A stretch of 62,988 bases of DNA, filler included, from Octopus bimaculoides (taxonomy: Eukaryota): NCBI RefSeq assembly GCF_001194135.2. It is 6 parts of 6 records of this genome, joined end to end, with 100 filler letters (N's around TTAATTAATTAA, not from the genome) between each part and the next. Parts side by side here need not be neighbours in the genome. Positions count along the whole stretch, not along the records: positions 1 to 3,423 come from NW_026387699.1; positions 3,524 to 26,934 come from NC_069008.1; 4 more parts are not named here. One strand, given 5' to 3'. The notes below the pieces were generated by a model. The model had not been told where the DNA came from and ran no database searches. It saw nothing but the letters and a program-made list of their open reading frames with translations. Positions within the stretch are counted from its first letter, which is position 1; every line of letters begins with the position of its first letter. Of the stretch, positions 1 to 14,024 are shown piece by piece. Made by a program: the position numbers and the translations under genes.

Positions 1-434
1 TATATATATACAGGCAGACACAAATGTATAAACATATATGAATACACATATGTATGCATATACATTTGAATATATAAGTGCTTGTGTGAAATTGTGCGTT
101 TGTTTGTGGTTGCATATTAATATAAACACTATATTAGCACAACAAAGAGCGTATATATTTATATATATATACACACACAGACATGTATTAATATATGAGT
201 CTATGCGTTCGCATATTAATATAAACACTATATTAACAGAACAAAAAGCAATTTCAAAGTACTTGTAAATAACAATTCACCAGAGAAAATAAAAACAGGT
301 ACGTATACACATTGGTGTATAAATACATATAACAACACATAATTGTAAACAAATACACATGCAAACAACACACACGCCAGCCCTAATCACACACACTCCC
401 ACCCCACCTGAACAAACACATCTATTATATAAAT

Positions 435-517
435 AGATAGATTGATAGATAGATCGAGCAATAGATACACAGATTGACTGAAAATGTTAGATAGACAGAT
501 AGATAGCTAGCTAGCTC

Positions 518-569
<52 letters not shown>

Positions 570-702
570 GGCAGGCAGGCAGGCAGGCAGGCAGACAGGC
601 AGGCAGGCAGGCAGGCAGGCATACAGACAGACAGGCATACAGACACACAGGCAGGCATACAGACAGACAGACAGGCAGACAGACACATATATAGAGAGAT
701 TA

Positions 703-747
<45 letters not shown>

Positions 748-1070
748 GAGACAAGTAGACAGGCAGACAGACAGGCAGACAGACAGGCAGGCAGACAGAC
801 AGAGACAGACAGACAGACAGACAGAGACAGACAGACAGACAGAGAGAGACAGACAGACAGACAGAGAGAGACAGACAGACAGAGAGAGACAGACAGACAG
901 AGAGAGACAGACAGACAGAGAGAGACAGACAGACAGAGAGAGACAGACAGACAGAGAGAGACAGACAGACAGAGAGAGACAGACAGACAGAGAGAGACAG
1001 ACAGACAGAGAGAGACAGACAGATAGGTATATAGATAGATTAATTGATAGATAAATAGAGAGAGAGAGAG
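435..1070. repeat. Compound tetranucleotide microsatellite (ATAG/ACAG/GCAG) with a 12-mer AGAGAGACAGAC block
   Basis: Direct reading. Confidence 0.95.
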
Positions 1071-2067
1071 ATTTCCAATATGTTCTCATAAACTGGGAAC
1101 ACCAGCAATCATAACAGAATGGTCAGAGTTGGCTGATTTTCCTGATTAGCCATGTCTAACGACTTTTTTTTTACCGTCTTTCGACAAAGAGCATTTAGTT
1201 CTTCGATCAAATGAATTAGCTCTTCTTGAATTACCTTGTAAATGGCTGAGTATTCCGCCGACGTGTGTGCCATCTTTGTCATTGTCAGAAACAATCGATG
1301 TCACACTGTATGAGACAAGAGAGTTTCTCCAGAATTATAGGTACAATCCATCCGACTGTCTTTCATACCGTGTCTGTGAACGCAACAATTTCGTTGATCC
1401 GATGAACGGGACAGCCTGCTCGTGAAATTAACGTGCAAGTCGCTGAGCCCTCAAAAGACACCCGGACCCTTAAGGTAGTTCTCAGGAATCGGGAATATGA
1501 CACAGTATGACAAATCCAATCCTTTGAATTATACGGAATGGAACATTGTCAAATAAATTGTTTTCCAATGGAATACGTGCTCGCACACATTCATATGTAC
1601 ATGCATACATGCGTAAATATATATATTTTTATACGTATGATTCCTAAGGTTGTGACCAAGCTGATGCACCGCCACGATATGTGTGTGTGTGTGTGTGTGT
1701 GTATGTGCATGTGTGTTTGCGTATGTTTCTATGTGAGGCGGCATGTGCATATGTAATCGTGTCCAATATAATATTCCAGCCCAGAATATTTTCTATAGAA
1801 TTGCAATCTCCGGTTACCCGATTCAACTGACCATCATAAACAACGCATACTCTTCTCACAAGTAGCGTCTTCTCGCCTGCTCACATGGCTACTGCTGACT
1901 AACACTTTCCTTGGTAAATATCTCAGTCAATATGTTGGTGACACTGATAACATTCACATAATTTCTATCATTTATATTAAGCCTCCCACACACGTTATAT
2001 ACTGAACCACAAGAACAGACACACATATAAACACTTAAACACACACACACATAAGAATTCATGCGTA

Positions 2068-2140
<73 letters not shown>

Positions 2141-2873
2141 NNNNNNNNNNNNNNNNNNNNNNNNNNNNNNNNNNNNNNNNNNNNNNNNNNNNNNNNNNNN
2201 NNNNNNNNNNNNNNNNNNNNNNNNNNNNNNNNNNNNNNNNNNNNNNNNNNNNNNNNNNNNNNNNNNNNNNNNNNNNNNNNNNNNNNNNNNNNNNNNNNNN
2301 NNNNNNNNNNNNNNNNNNNNNNNNNNNNNNNNNNNNNNNNNNNNNNNNNNNNNNNNNNNNNNNNNNNNNNNNNNNNNNNNNNNNNNNNNNNNNNNNNNNN
2401 NNNNNNNNNNNNNNNNNNNNNNNNNNNNNNNNNNNNNNNNNNNNNNNNNNNNNNNNNNNNNNNNNNNNNNNNNNNNNNNNNNNNNNNNNNNNNNNNNNNN
2501 NNNNNNNNNNNNNNNNNNNNNNNNNNNNNNNNNNNNNNNNNNNNNNNNNNNNNNNNNNNNNNNNNNNNNNNNNNNNNNNNNNNNNNNNNNNNNNNNNNNN
2601 NNNNNNNNNNNNNNNNNNNNNNNNNNNNNNNNNNNNNNNNNNNNNNNNNNNNNNNNNNNNNNNNNNNNNNNNNNNNNNNNNNNNNNNNNNNNNNNNNNNN
2701 NNNNNNNNNNNNNNNNNNNNNNNNNNNNNNNNNNNNNNNNNNNNNNNNNNNNNNNNNNNNNNNNNNNNNNNNNNNNNNNNNNNNNNNNNNNNNNNNTATA
2801 TATATATATACAAATATAATATATATATATATATATATATACACATACATATATAATATATATATACACATAC

Positions 2874-2913
<40 letters not shown>

Positions 2914-3378
2914 AATATAATATATATATATATATATACAAATACATATATAATATATATATATATATATACATACACACACACACATGCATATGTATAT
3001 AGTCTTTAGATTCTAGTCTCGCTTCATATATTTCGTAATATAAACAACAAAGACAAAAATAAATACAAAAACCAACAAGTCAAAGAAAACAAAAAGCTAA
3101 CCATCATTATTTTTCAACAATATCAGACGAGAAACACAGAAGGAACATCGCTGTAAAGCTCTCAGCCTTTTCTCCATTTTAAACACTGTCTTTATTTCTA
3201 TTCAGCTTTGATATTCCACACGAAAGAACATGAAACCGCTGAAATACTGTAGATATGTCTTGGTAAATCAGTCATGGATTTAGGTTAAGAATTGCTTAAT
3301 TCTAGATGGTATTTTCATCACACTGTCTCTGCATTGGCGTAAGGTCTCTCTCCTCTGTAGATGATATATGCATCTATG

Positions 3379-3423
<45 letters not shown>

Positions 3424-3539
3424 NNNNNNNNNNNNNNNNNNNNNNNNNNNNNNNNNNNNNNNNNNNNTTAATTAATTAANNNNNNNNNNNNNNNNNNNNN
3501 NNNNNNNNNNNNNNNNNNNNNNNTATATATATATATATA

Positions 3540-5845
3540 TATCAAAATAAGCAACAAGGATATTCAGAGGTAATGCTGTACGATCGTTTCAAGCAACTCC
3601 ATTTAATTGAACAATGCAACCATTACAACAATTTAAAATACAGAGCAATCCTCACCTGCACAAAGACACAGAATTTAATTAAATTAGAACAGATGGACAC
3701 ATGAGTATAATTATACCTAAATCTCCAAGAAGTTAAGGAAATAGACAAAGAACAAGCTGTCTTCACTCCAACATTGAAGTTACTAAGTTATCAAGAAGAT
3801 ATACATTGTTACAGACTCTGCCTGTCATTGATTCTTTTTTGTTTTTATGGGGTCAGTTTAATTTACAGACTAGTTTATCAAATCCTTGTATATCTAAGGC
3901 TGAGAGAACAAAAGGCAGTATCTGTTAGGTGTAGGGCTGATGGAGCAGACAGAAATCATAGCTGGTATAGTCATAAAAATCAAGATTTATTAGAAGCAAT
4001 ATCATGAGGTTTGGTAAAGGAAAACTTAAAACAAGATGTTAGCTGACAATTAAGGGTGTCGCCCACTAGCAGACCATTGATAATGAAACAGAAGTCTTAT
4101 CATGTAGTACTATAGTTAAATATTTTAAACAATGTTGCTATATTGTATACAGTTAAAGTTTAAGGTTATTCAGAGGATTATTAAGAAGAATATTATAACA
4201 AAAGGATAGAAATTTTTGAATAATTTTGAGTATATACCAAACTTTTACCACAATAGAGGGAGCAAAAAAAATTATCCAGAAATAGTATAATGTTTATACA
4301 TATTGTACACTTAAATACTAACTCATCAGATGGTATCTGTGAATATTGATTAATTGGTATATACTGGTATTAATAAAGGAGTATTGAGGTAAAAGAACAT
4401 TCTAATTATCTAATATATAAAATAGAGATGTGTGTGTAATCGCTTATCACGTGAAAACGGCTTCACCATTTACTTCCATACTTGTGATGCATGAATAATT
4501 TGACCTTGGATAAATGTTAGGCTCTTCATTTGATATATATTAGAGATAAATAATATTGCTTTATATTTATGATTCACTTCTTTAAAAAGGTTCCTCAATG
4601 TCAACTTTCGGTATTGACGTAAATGCTTACATACTTGTGATGCAATGTCAACTTCCGGTATTGACGTAGCAACGGCAAAAAGCTTCACTCTCTCAACCCC
4701 TCTCTCTCTCTCTCACACACAACACACACACGCGCGTGCGCATACACACGTGTGTCTTTGTAAATATGTTTGTACACATTTATGTATGTGTGTGTTTGTA
4801 AGAGACACAGTATGAGTGAGTCAAGGGTTGTGTTGTCATATGCATCCATCATTTTTAGATGTATGTGTGTGAGTGTGTGTGTGTGTGAGAGACAGAGTGA
4901 GAGATTGGTGTGTATGTAGTATTTACTCTCTCTCTCTCTCATACACACACACACACACACTCACACACAAAGATGTATGCATATTTATGCATTTACGTAT
5001 ACATGACAACAAACCTCTCTCACTCTCTCTGTCACACACACACACACGTCCATTTCATCTGATGTGTGATACTGTGTGTGTGTGTGTGTGTGTGTACGTG
5101 CGTGCATGCATGCGTGGGGTGTTCCACAATCACCATTTATTTCAGTCATTCTTGTAAGGATATTCACGTAAATACTAAGATCTGGAGGGTAGAGCCATTT
5201 AAGAAAGAGATAAATCAAGTAATTTCTAAAGATCATTTCAAACAATATTGTCTTTTGGTATAAAGTTAAAATTTAGGGTAATCAAGATTATTAAGAATGA
5301 AATTTTAACAAAAAGATAAAACTTCTTTGAATATTTTGAGTATATACCAATTTTTTTTACCACAATAGAGGGAGGAAAAGAAAATTGCAAAGAATTAGTT
5401 TAATATTTATTTACTTATTACTTATCTAAATATTAACTTATGATATGGTTTCTATGGAGATTGATCAATTGGATTTAACTGGTATTTAATAAGGGAGCAA
5501 CTGAGGTTAAAGAACATGTTAACTATCTACTGATTTAATTAAATTGAACTATTTAAAGTTGTTGAGATACTGGTATTACCTTATATAAGCTGAGTATGAA
5601 TTAATAGGGGTACACAGATTAGATTTATTTAAAGCTAGTATAAAATAATAATAATATTAAAATGATCAGTTAGGGTAGAGAATCATAGAGCCTAATCACT
5701 AAAAACCATAATGAAATATTCATACCTTATTAACTTCAATAGCAAATATTTATAGAAAATGTATAATAATTTAAGTATTGAAGACCAGTGATTGTCGTGC
5801 ACTGATGACGGGTAAATACCTAGAAACCCGGGCTGTATGCATCAT
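3540..5845. mobile_element. Two related AT-rich degraded repeat copies (about 3540-4450 and 5150-5845), probably Penelope-like
   Basis: 4150-4430 and 5265-5530 align by eye (e.g. ttttgagtatatacca...ttttaccacaatagaggg); second copy ends in the hammerhead motif. Confidence 0.4.
5797..5842 (+). ncRNA. Minimal type-I hammerhead ribozyme-like motif
   Basis: GTGCA-CTGATGA-CGGGTAAATACCTA-GAAAC-CCGGGCT-GTA-TGCAT: core boxes, short stem II, palindromic CCCGGG in stem III, TGCA/TGCA stem I. Confidence 0.55.
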
Positions 5846-5954
5846 GTCAAGTTGAAGATGGGAAGGATGGCTTCTCTTTGCAAACACTGATAGGGAACAG
5901 ATAGTTTGTCAATAGCAAGCTGGAGGAGGTGTCCTCCTGGGGCTACAAGCTATA

Positions 5955-7890
5955 GTAGCACCCACCTTTAGGGGTTAGCCACATTTAAGTGGCAAATATA
6001 CTTCACGTTGTCATGCTGCTACTGTTTATTCCTCGTTCAGAGTTTTATTATTGCTTGTTTACACTTTTTCGAGATCAGTGATTTTCATCACTGGAAAAAG
6101 GATATATATATTTGCATTGGGACCCCTTCGCATTGAAGACTGGTGACTTTTGTTGTTTTTTGGAAGGAATCTAGCCGAATTTTTTTGTGAAGCCACCATT
6201 GTTGGGTGGTTGTGAAACAATTGAAAAAAGGGAGAGTTACGCAGAAGCTACTGGAGGTCGAGACACCATAGACCCACACATGCTGAAGCTGGAGATGATG
6301 GAGTGGAATGATGAGAAGATAATGAAATATTGTGAGAATGTAAAAAAAGAAGGGTCAAACATAAAAATGATCCTGTCTGAGGAGGAAAGAAGAAAAATGG
6401 AAAGCAAGACAGTAATATTCAGAACATTTTCGCATGGAAATAAGAGAATAGAACACACGCCACAGAAAGTGATAGAGGAAATGTTGATGGATGAAAAGAT
6501 AGTGTTTTATACAAGAGGAAGAAGTTATGGATCTATAATAGTAACATATCTTTCAGAAGAGGAGGTGAAAAAGTATAGCAACCCGATGATAACGAGATGG
6601 AAATGGACGTTGATGCCGAACTGTTCGGGCAAAATAATCATCAGGGTCAGGGTGGGAAGAATCCCACCGTCAATAGACCCAGAATGGGTAATAGCCACAA
6701 CTTTTAATTCTGAGCTGAGGAAGAATGGAGAAAACCTGAGCATTAACATAGTAAGCAGAACACAACAATTGAATTTTTTGGGTTATGGCATTGAAATAAT
6801 CTGCGCAGTAAGCCCAAAATATTACAATGAAATGGCGGAAACTTTGGAATTACCAAACAGCAACAAACTGGGAATAATGTTGGAGGGAGACCTCCAAAAT
6901 GTTACGGATGTGGTGAAAGAGGGCACCTGAGAAGAAAATGCCCTTGAGGAGCAGTAGAAATGGTGGAAGAGAGTTCTCGGGAAGATATAATGGAGGAAAA
7001 TAAGCAGAAACAAAAAATAGAATATGATGGGAATGTTGTGGAGGCAAAACCCATGAAACATGAGAGAAGCAAGTCACCAACGACAGTGGACTTGAAGAAG
7101 AGTAAAGGAATGGAGGAAGAAAACCAACCCACGATGAGAAACAGAGGAAATTTACCAGAGGAAGAACCAGCAAAGGAATTAAAAAGAGATTTAGACCTGA
7201 AACAAGAAAACCCAGAATTACGGATTTCTAAAAACATAGTCAAACAGACGAAGCATGTGGAGTTGTAGTCAAATGACACACACACAGATACATACATACA
7301 AGAGCACACAGACACACATATACAAGAACACACAGACTTAGAGACAGAAATACAAGAACACACAAAACAACAGGAAAAAAGAAACAAAAAAGACAACATG
7401 AAAAACACAAACAGAAAGAAAATTATAGTGAGATAGGACACTCTAACGTTAAAGATTGTAAAAGTGAAAGACATTGTGAGAGACATAAGAGGTAGGTCGA
7501 AATAATTCTGTAAAGACTGTAACTGGAGAAAATGTTTGGTTGAACTTTTAAGGAAATACAAGTAAAGGTTGAAAGAACAGGTTTCCAAAAAAGGGAAAAA
7601 CAAAAATAGAAGAAAATAAGAAGTAAAATCTGTATGAACAATTGGTTAAAAGATGTAAATTGTAGGCCAGAAGCAAGAAGGGAAGTTATGGTTTTGCCTC
7701 AGAGCGAGGCTGGAGGTTGTCTAGAGGTTTAAGTGAAAAGAAATCTATGGTTTCATATCGCAGTGGGAGCGAGTGGGTCATATCATTAACATTATATTTT
7801 TTTCATTTCACATCATCCTTCATAAGTTTTATGTTCCCGCATGTCTTTGTATGTCCCCTCTGTAATTAGGCCTTGTGCCTGTAATAAAGA
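5955..7890 (+). mobile_element. ORF1-only L1/Tx1-like LINE derivative with degraded gag-like ORF and CCHC knuckle
   Basis: ORF 6187-6930 shifts frame near 6886 into GRPPKCYGCGERGHLRRKCP (CX2CX4HX4C, 6900-6941), then TGA and a charged tail to 7268; AATAAA at 7883; no endonuclease or RT. 5' boundary approximate. Confidence 0.7.
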
Positions 7891-8007
7891 TTTAATGAAA
7901 GACCGGTGATTGTTGTGCGCTATGGTCAGAGCTGACTTCTGACCATAGAATTGTTTCTTGCCACTTCCGATTGATAATAATAATAATAATCATAATAATG
8001 ATGATGG

Positions 8008-8045
<38 letters not shown>

Positions 8046-8269
8046 CTGTCTTATTTGGGTACAAGGCTAGCAAATTTGTCAGGAGGAAGTTAATTGATTA
8101 CTTTGACTCTAATATTTAACTGGTGCCTTATGAACCTTGGAGGAATGAAAGGTAAAACTGACCTTGGCAGGATTTGAAACCAGAATTTAAAGAACCTGAA
8201 GAAATGCCATAAAGCATTCTGCCACTTCAAACAATATATAATGCCCCCCCACACACACACACAAAAGGC

Positions 8270-8700
8270 ACAAGTGTAGCCATGTGGTAAGAAGCTTGTT
8301 TCCCAACCACATGGTTCTGGGTTCAATCCCACTGCATGGCATCTTGGGCAGGTGTGTCTTCTACTATAGCCTCCAACCAACCATAGACTTGTAATGGATT
8401 TGGTAGACAGAAACTAAAAGAAGCTTGTTGTATATATATGTGCGTGAGTGTGTGTGTGTGTATGTGTGTGTGTGTGTGTGTGTTTGTGTCAGTGCTCGTC
8501 TCCCCTACCACTTGGCAACCAATGTTGGTTTGTTTACATCCCTGTGACTTAGTGGTTTGGCAAAAACAGACTAGTAGAAAAAGTACCAGGCTTAAAAAAA
8601 ACAAATAAGTACTGGGGTCAATTCATTCTACCAAAATTTCTTCAAGGCGGTGCCCCAGCTGCAATCAAGTGACTGAAACAAATAAAAGATAAAGAATAAA
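8270..8700 (+). mobile_element. Abundant tRNA-derived SINE with internal (TG)n; further copies near 9200-9560, 10765-11130, 24700-24990, 46030-46430 and 47935-48200
   Basis: Head gtagccatgtggtaag...GGTTCAATCCC and 3' end cagtcaagtgactgaaacaa recur in both orientations. Confidence 0.8.
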
Positions 8701-8714
8701 AGATATACACACAC

Positions 8715-8897
8715 TTATATCTCTGATGAAATTTGGTTTCCAGATCATCTCCCCATAAAGGATATCTCCGGGTCGCAGTTCAAACAGAGCCTTGTTGGAG
8801 CTGCTGGAACTGAATGGTCCAGTGTTAATATTGTCCATAAAAAGGACACCAGATTTGGTAAAGTTGATCATCATGTTATAGATATTGGTGACATTAT
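8715..8897 (-). CDS. Possible further exon (DNVTNIYNMMINFTKSGVLFMDNINTGPF...ELRPGDILYGEMIWKPNFIRDI)
   Basis: tttacaatatttcag acceptor; only the phase-1 frame is open, matching the preceding exon; weak gtgtgt donor; 183 nt, phase 1 to 1. Confidence 0.5.
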
Positions 8898-9374
8898 CTG
8901 AAATATTGTAAATAATAGTGTAAAAAATGTTCAAATCAGATTGGAGCCTGATGTAGCCATCTGGTTTCACCAGTCCTCAGTCAAATCGTCCAACCCATGC
9001 TAGCATGGAAAGTGGACGTTAAACGACGATGAGGATGACGATGATGATAATTGGCACATTAATGAAATGTTTAGGATTAAATTTATGAACTAAGTCATTA
9101 ACATTCGTTTGGCGGCACCTCAGGCTAGTGTCTTTTATTACACCATGAGTTGATTGAAGTCTTGTGTGTGTGTGTGTGTGGGGGAGTGTGTGTGTCTTTT
9201 ATCTTTTGTTTCAGCCATTAGACTGAATTTTTTTAGAATTTTTTAAGAATTTTTTAGTCCAATGAATTAACCCTAGTACTTATTCTACCAGTCCCTTTGC
9301 TGAACCGCTAAGTCATGGGGACATAAATACACCAACACCTGTTGTCATGCAGTGGTATGGGGACACAGACAGAA

Positions 9375-9407
<33 letters not shown>

Positions 9408-11789
9408 CATACAACAGGCTTCTTTCAGTTTCTATCTACCAAACCCCGTCACAAGCCTGAGACTTAGAAGACACTTGCCCAGGGTGCGAAGCAATGCGAC
9501 TGAATCCAGAACCATGTAGATGGGAAACAAGTTTCTTACCACACAGCCATACCTGTGCCTGTGTGCGCATGTTTATGTCATCTTGTCTTGACATTGAATG
9601 ATAGCTGTAAACAAGTATCACTGTCATTCAGATGTCTTTCATTTCCAATCTTCTGTGAAAAACATGTCTGGCCACAAGAAATATTACCTTGCAGGGAAAC
9701 AAGATGAGGTTTTGCAACAGGGCACCTGGCTGTAAAAAATTCTGCCTCAATGAATTCCATTTCACACATGCAAGTATGGAGAAGTGAACACTAAAGCAAT
9801 GATGATGATGATGATGATAATGATTACTCCCTTTGTTAACATGTTTCTGTTGAAATACACTGAATTTATTTCAATTAATTTTAGAAATAATGCAGAATAA
9901 CTTTCTCATTTCTAAGCAGGGAAGATTTTAATTCAGATCCCTTTAAACTGGAATATTTCTACCATAGATCCAGGGGCAGTCTTGGGTAGGTTGATATTAC
10001 AAAGATTAATGCTATCAGCCATTGAGTATGGAGAGATAGCTTGTACTTTTAGAACTTGTGAAATGAACATGTCTCAAATAAAAAAGACTGATTAAAAACC
10101 ACTGAATAGAAACATCTAAGATTTGAGGCAATTATTTGGAGTTGGTAATCTGTGAATCTAATACCAATATTTGTTCGACACTGATGCTATACTGGTATTA
10201 GAATATTGCATTGTTATTGCAATAAAGCCATTGTTGAGTCATTCTCTTTCTTGGGACATCTTGGAACAATGATATCATTTTTTCACTTGAAGTCTTTCAT
10301 CTTCAACTAATTCCAATTCATTTCTGGATGTGTTTCATCATATTCCTGTAACTTGCTCATTAGAATTTGCTGAAGTTTGTAGCACTTTATCAGTTGCAAA
10401 CAACCCACACCTTTGTCTCTTCTTCCCTGAAGTGCTCAACTATGGTGAACTTTATGGTAAAAAAAACTGGAAAAATTACTCAAAACAATACTTGAAGCAG
10501 TACAATATGTGGGAAGACCTTTGTAAACAATCTAGTTCTGCACTGATCTGTTTATTCTAACTGATCTATTTCTATTTTGAATGGATTTTAACAAGTAATT
10601 TACCAATTCCAGTATATCAAAAATTCAGCAGAATATCAAAACTGAAATTTCTAGTAAGCTAGGAATACAGCTATACCAGGTTGATAAATATATATTTCTG
10701 GCTATGAAATATATATCTATCTGTCTGTCTATCTGTCTATCTATCCTTTTATTCTTTTGTTTGTTTCAGTCATTTGACTGCAGCCATGCTGGAGCACTGC
10801 CTTTAGTTGAACAAATCGACCCCAGGACTTATTCTTTGTAAGCCTAGTACTTATTCTATCAGTTCTTTAGCCGAACTGCTAAGTTACAAGGATGTACACA
10901 CACCAGCATCAGTTGTCAAGAGAAGGTGGTGGGGACAAACACAGACACACACGCACACACACACACACACACGATGGGACTTCTTTCAGTTTCCGTCCAC
11001 TTACAAGGTTTTGGTCGGCCCAAAGCTACAGTAGAAGACACTTGCCCAAGGTGCCACACAATGGGACTGAACCTGGAACCATGTGGTTGGAAAGCAAGCT
11101 ACTTACCACACAACCACTCCTGTGCCTATAGCCACTCCTGCAGCTATGTATATATATATATATGTTTTTGGTAATGGCGATAGAGCCTGAGGTTCAATTT
11201 ATGAGTTTCCAGCAACCAGAATAAAAAGGTCATTCAACTAGTTCCACTTTTGTTAAAGCAACATTAGAATTTACTTCTTCCTCACTGACTTGAAAATATA
11301 GCAATACATCTTTTAGAAAATGTAAACAATTGCACTTTTATATAAGTGTCATCATATCTGTCTTGATTTTGTTTACATTTTTCACAAGTAGTTTCACATT
11401 CTTTATTCTGGCAATAACTATTGCTACACAAAATAAACAAATACTGATGAAATTTAACTATTTTGATTCCAAACAGCTTCAGATCATCCTTGGTTCTATA
11501 AACTTTTTACTTTAAAGAACTCATAGTTAAATTTTAAAACTAACATCATCATCATCATCATCATTTAGCATCCACTTTCCATGCTGGCATGGGTTAAACG
11601 GTTTGACTGGAACTGACAAGCCAGAGAGCTGCATTAGGTTCCAGTCTGGTTTGGCATGGTTTCTATGGCTGGATGCCCTTCCTAACATCAAACACTTCAA
11701 GAATGTAATGGGTACTTTTAACTTGCCACTGGCATTAGTGCTTTTATGTGCCACCAGCATGGGTGACAGTCATGTGGCACAGGCATCGG

Positions 11790-12630
11790 CCATGACTACG
11801 ATTTCACTTGGCTTGGCAAGTCTTCTTAAGCACAACACATTGCCAAAGGTCTTGGTCACTTGTCATTGCCTCTGTGAGGCCCAACATTTGAAGGTCATGT
11901 TTCACCACCTCGTTCCATCTTTTCCTGGGTCTACCTCTTTCACAAGTTCCCTCCATAGTTAGAGATTGGCACTTCTTTACACAGCTGTCTTCATCCATAT
12001 GCATCACATGGCCATACCAGTACAATTTTCTCCTTTGCACACTACATCTGATGCCGCTTATGTCCAACTTTTCTCTCAAGATACTCACACTCTGTTGTTC
12101 ATGCACATCCAGTGAAGCATACTAGCTTCATTTCCTTCAAGCCAATGCAGTCATAGCCCATATTTCACTGCTGTGTAGCATGACTGTTTGCACACAGGCA
12201 TCATACAATTTGCCTTTCACTCTGAGAGAGAAGCCCTTGGTTACCAACAGAAGTAGCAGCTCTCTGAACTTTGCCCAGCCTATCCTTACTCTAGTAGCTA
12301 AGCTCCAGGAGCATGCTTCTTCACTGCTGACTTGCTCACCTACATAATGGAAGCAATCAACTATTTCTAGATATCCCTGCTGGCAATTAATGGAGTCTCT
12401 TTTCTGTACATTTCTAGTGTTTATTGTACCTGTGCATTTGCCACACATGAAGACTATTTTCCCTGTTAACTTTCTTCCAATATTACTGCACCTCTTATGT
12501 GTCCATAGCTTGCACCAAATACATCTTATGGAGTTTCTGCCTACACCCTTTCTACATATTGAGCAGGGCCATATACCTGAAGGGATTTGTTATCTGTCCT
12601 CTTTCCTACTTACTGAGACTTAAGTTTTTG
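11790..12630 (-). mobile_element. RTE-clade LINE, 3' fragment
   Basis: Translations RVRIGWAKFRELL, YDACVQTVMLHSSEIW, RRKLYWYGHVMHM, GRPRKRWNEVVKHDL; frameshifted. Confidence 0.9.
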
Positions 12631-14024
12631 CAGCAAATTGACAGAATTGCTAGAGCATTGAATAAAAATACCTTGTGATATTTTTATGACTCTCTACACT
12701 CTGAGTTGAAATCCCACCAAAATCTAGTTTGTCCTTCATTAAGGGTTGATAAAAAAGTACCAATCCAAGAGTGGTTTGTTGGTGAAATTTTTACAATAGC
12801 TGATGTGACGTCTTGTGATATCTGTTCAGGCTCTTAGTGTCATGATAGCAATACTTGTGATGGCACTGGTGCCAAGAGGATTTGGTCTGAACTGGTGGCC
12901 CTTCCCTAGTGGAGTAGAGAGNNNNNNNNNNGCATTCATGGGCCACTGCTTGTGTTACACACACAAAAAAAACCCCACATCTTTGACACATAGGAATGCA
13001 GATGACTGGTCAACCCTGGCTAAAAGAGAGCCCAGCTCCGTCAGAGATTTATATAAGATCCTTTAAGTTATGTGACAGTTCCAAACACCAGTTTACTTAA
13101 CGAATCCTTATCTTTTACTTGTTTCTGTTATTAGATTGTGGCTATGCTGTAGAACTGCATATTATTATAATGAACCTAAAAATACATAATATAGTATTGA
13201 TTATCGCCCTCCTGGCACTTGTGCCAGTGGCACGTGAAAAGACATTCGAGCGAGTTCGTTGCCAGTACCACTGGACTGGCTCCTGTGCAGGTGGCACGTA
13301 AAATACACCATTTCGAGCATGGCCGTTGCCAGTATCTTCTGTCTGGCCTTCGTGCCGGTGGCATGTAAAAGCACCCACTACACTCTCGGAGTGGTTGGCG
13401 TTAGGAAGGGCATCCAGCTGTAGAAACTCTGCCAAATCAGATTGGAGTCTGGTGTAGCCATCCGGTCCACCAGTCCTCAGTCAAATCGTTCAACCTATGC
13501 TAGCATGGAAAGCGGACGTTAAACGATGATGATGATGATGATGATGAAAACACATTATGTTTGAAATCATATTGTATTACAGTGTATTCACATAAACACA
13601 TACATACATACATATGCACACATATACATGAGGGGATTGCATAATATTCCATTGCATTTGAGGAAATATAATAGGTTATGTACTTCATTGAGAATTTGGT
13701 TAGAAAAAGGACACATGAAAGCCAAAATCAATTCATTTGATTTTCCATCTTGGTTACTGAGAGTCTTGTGGTTTAATTATGCAACACTGTAGTAACAGAG
13801 TTGGAAGCAAACCGGGTAAAATGCTTAGCAGCATTTTGTCTGTCTTTATGCTCTGAGTTCAAATTCCACTGAGGTTGACTTTAACTTTAATCCTTCAAGG
13901 ATTGATAATAGTACTAAAATTTGAGACTGTTATTATTATTATTATTAAGGCAGCAAGCTGGTCGAATTGTTAGCATGATGGACGAAATGTTTAGTCACAG
14001 ACCAAATCTGTGAGTGGTGCAAAG

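Noticed and set aside
1109-1305. Minus ORF (…YKVIQEELIHLIEEL…) or a 71-nt exon at 1235-1305
   Set aside because: No recognisable domain, abuts a SINE remnant, and its phase cannot be linked to the gene
1889-2988. Long ORFs through N-runs and (TA)n/(CA)n (also near 21.8, 34.5, 46.8, 48.9 and 60.6 kb)
   Set aside because: Artefacts of translating gaps and dinucleotide repeats
11330-11423. Cys-containing frame NSYCQNKECETTCEKCK after an AG
   Set aside because: No clear donor before the stop; phase incompatible with neighbouring exons
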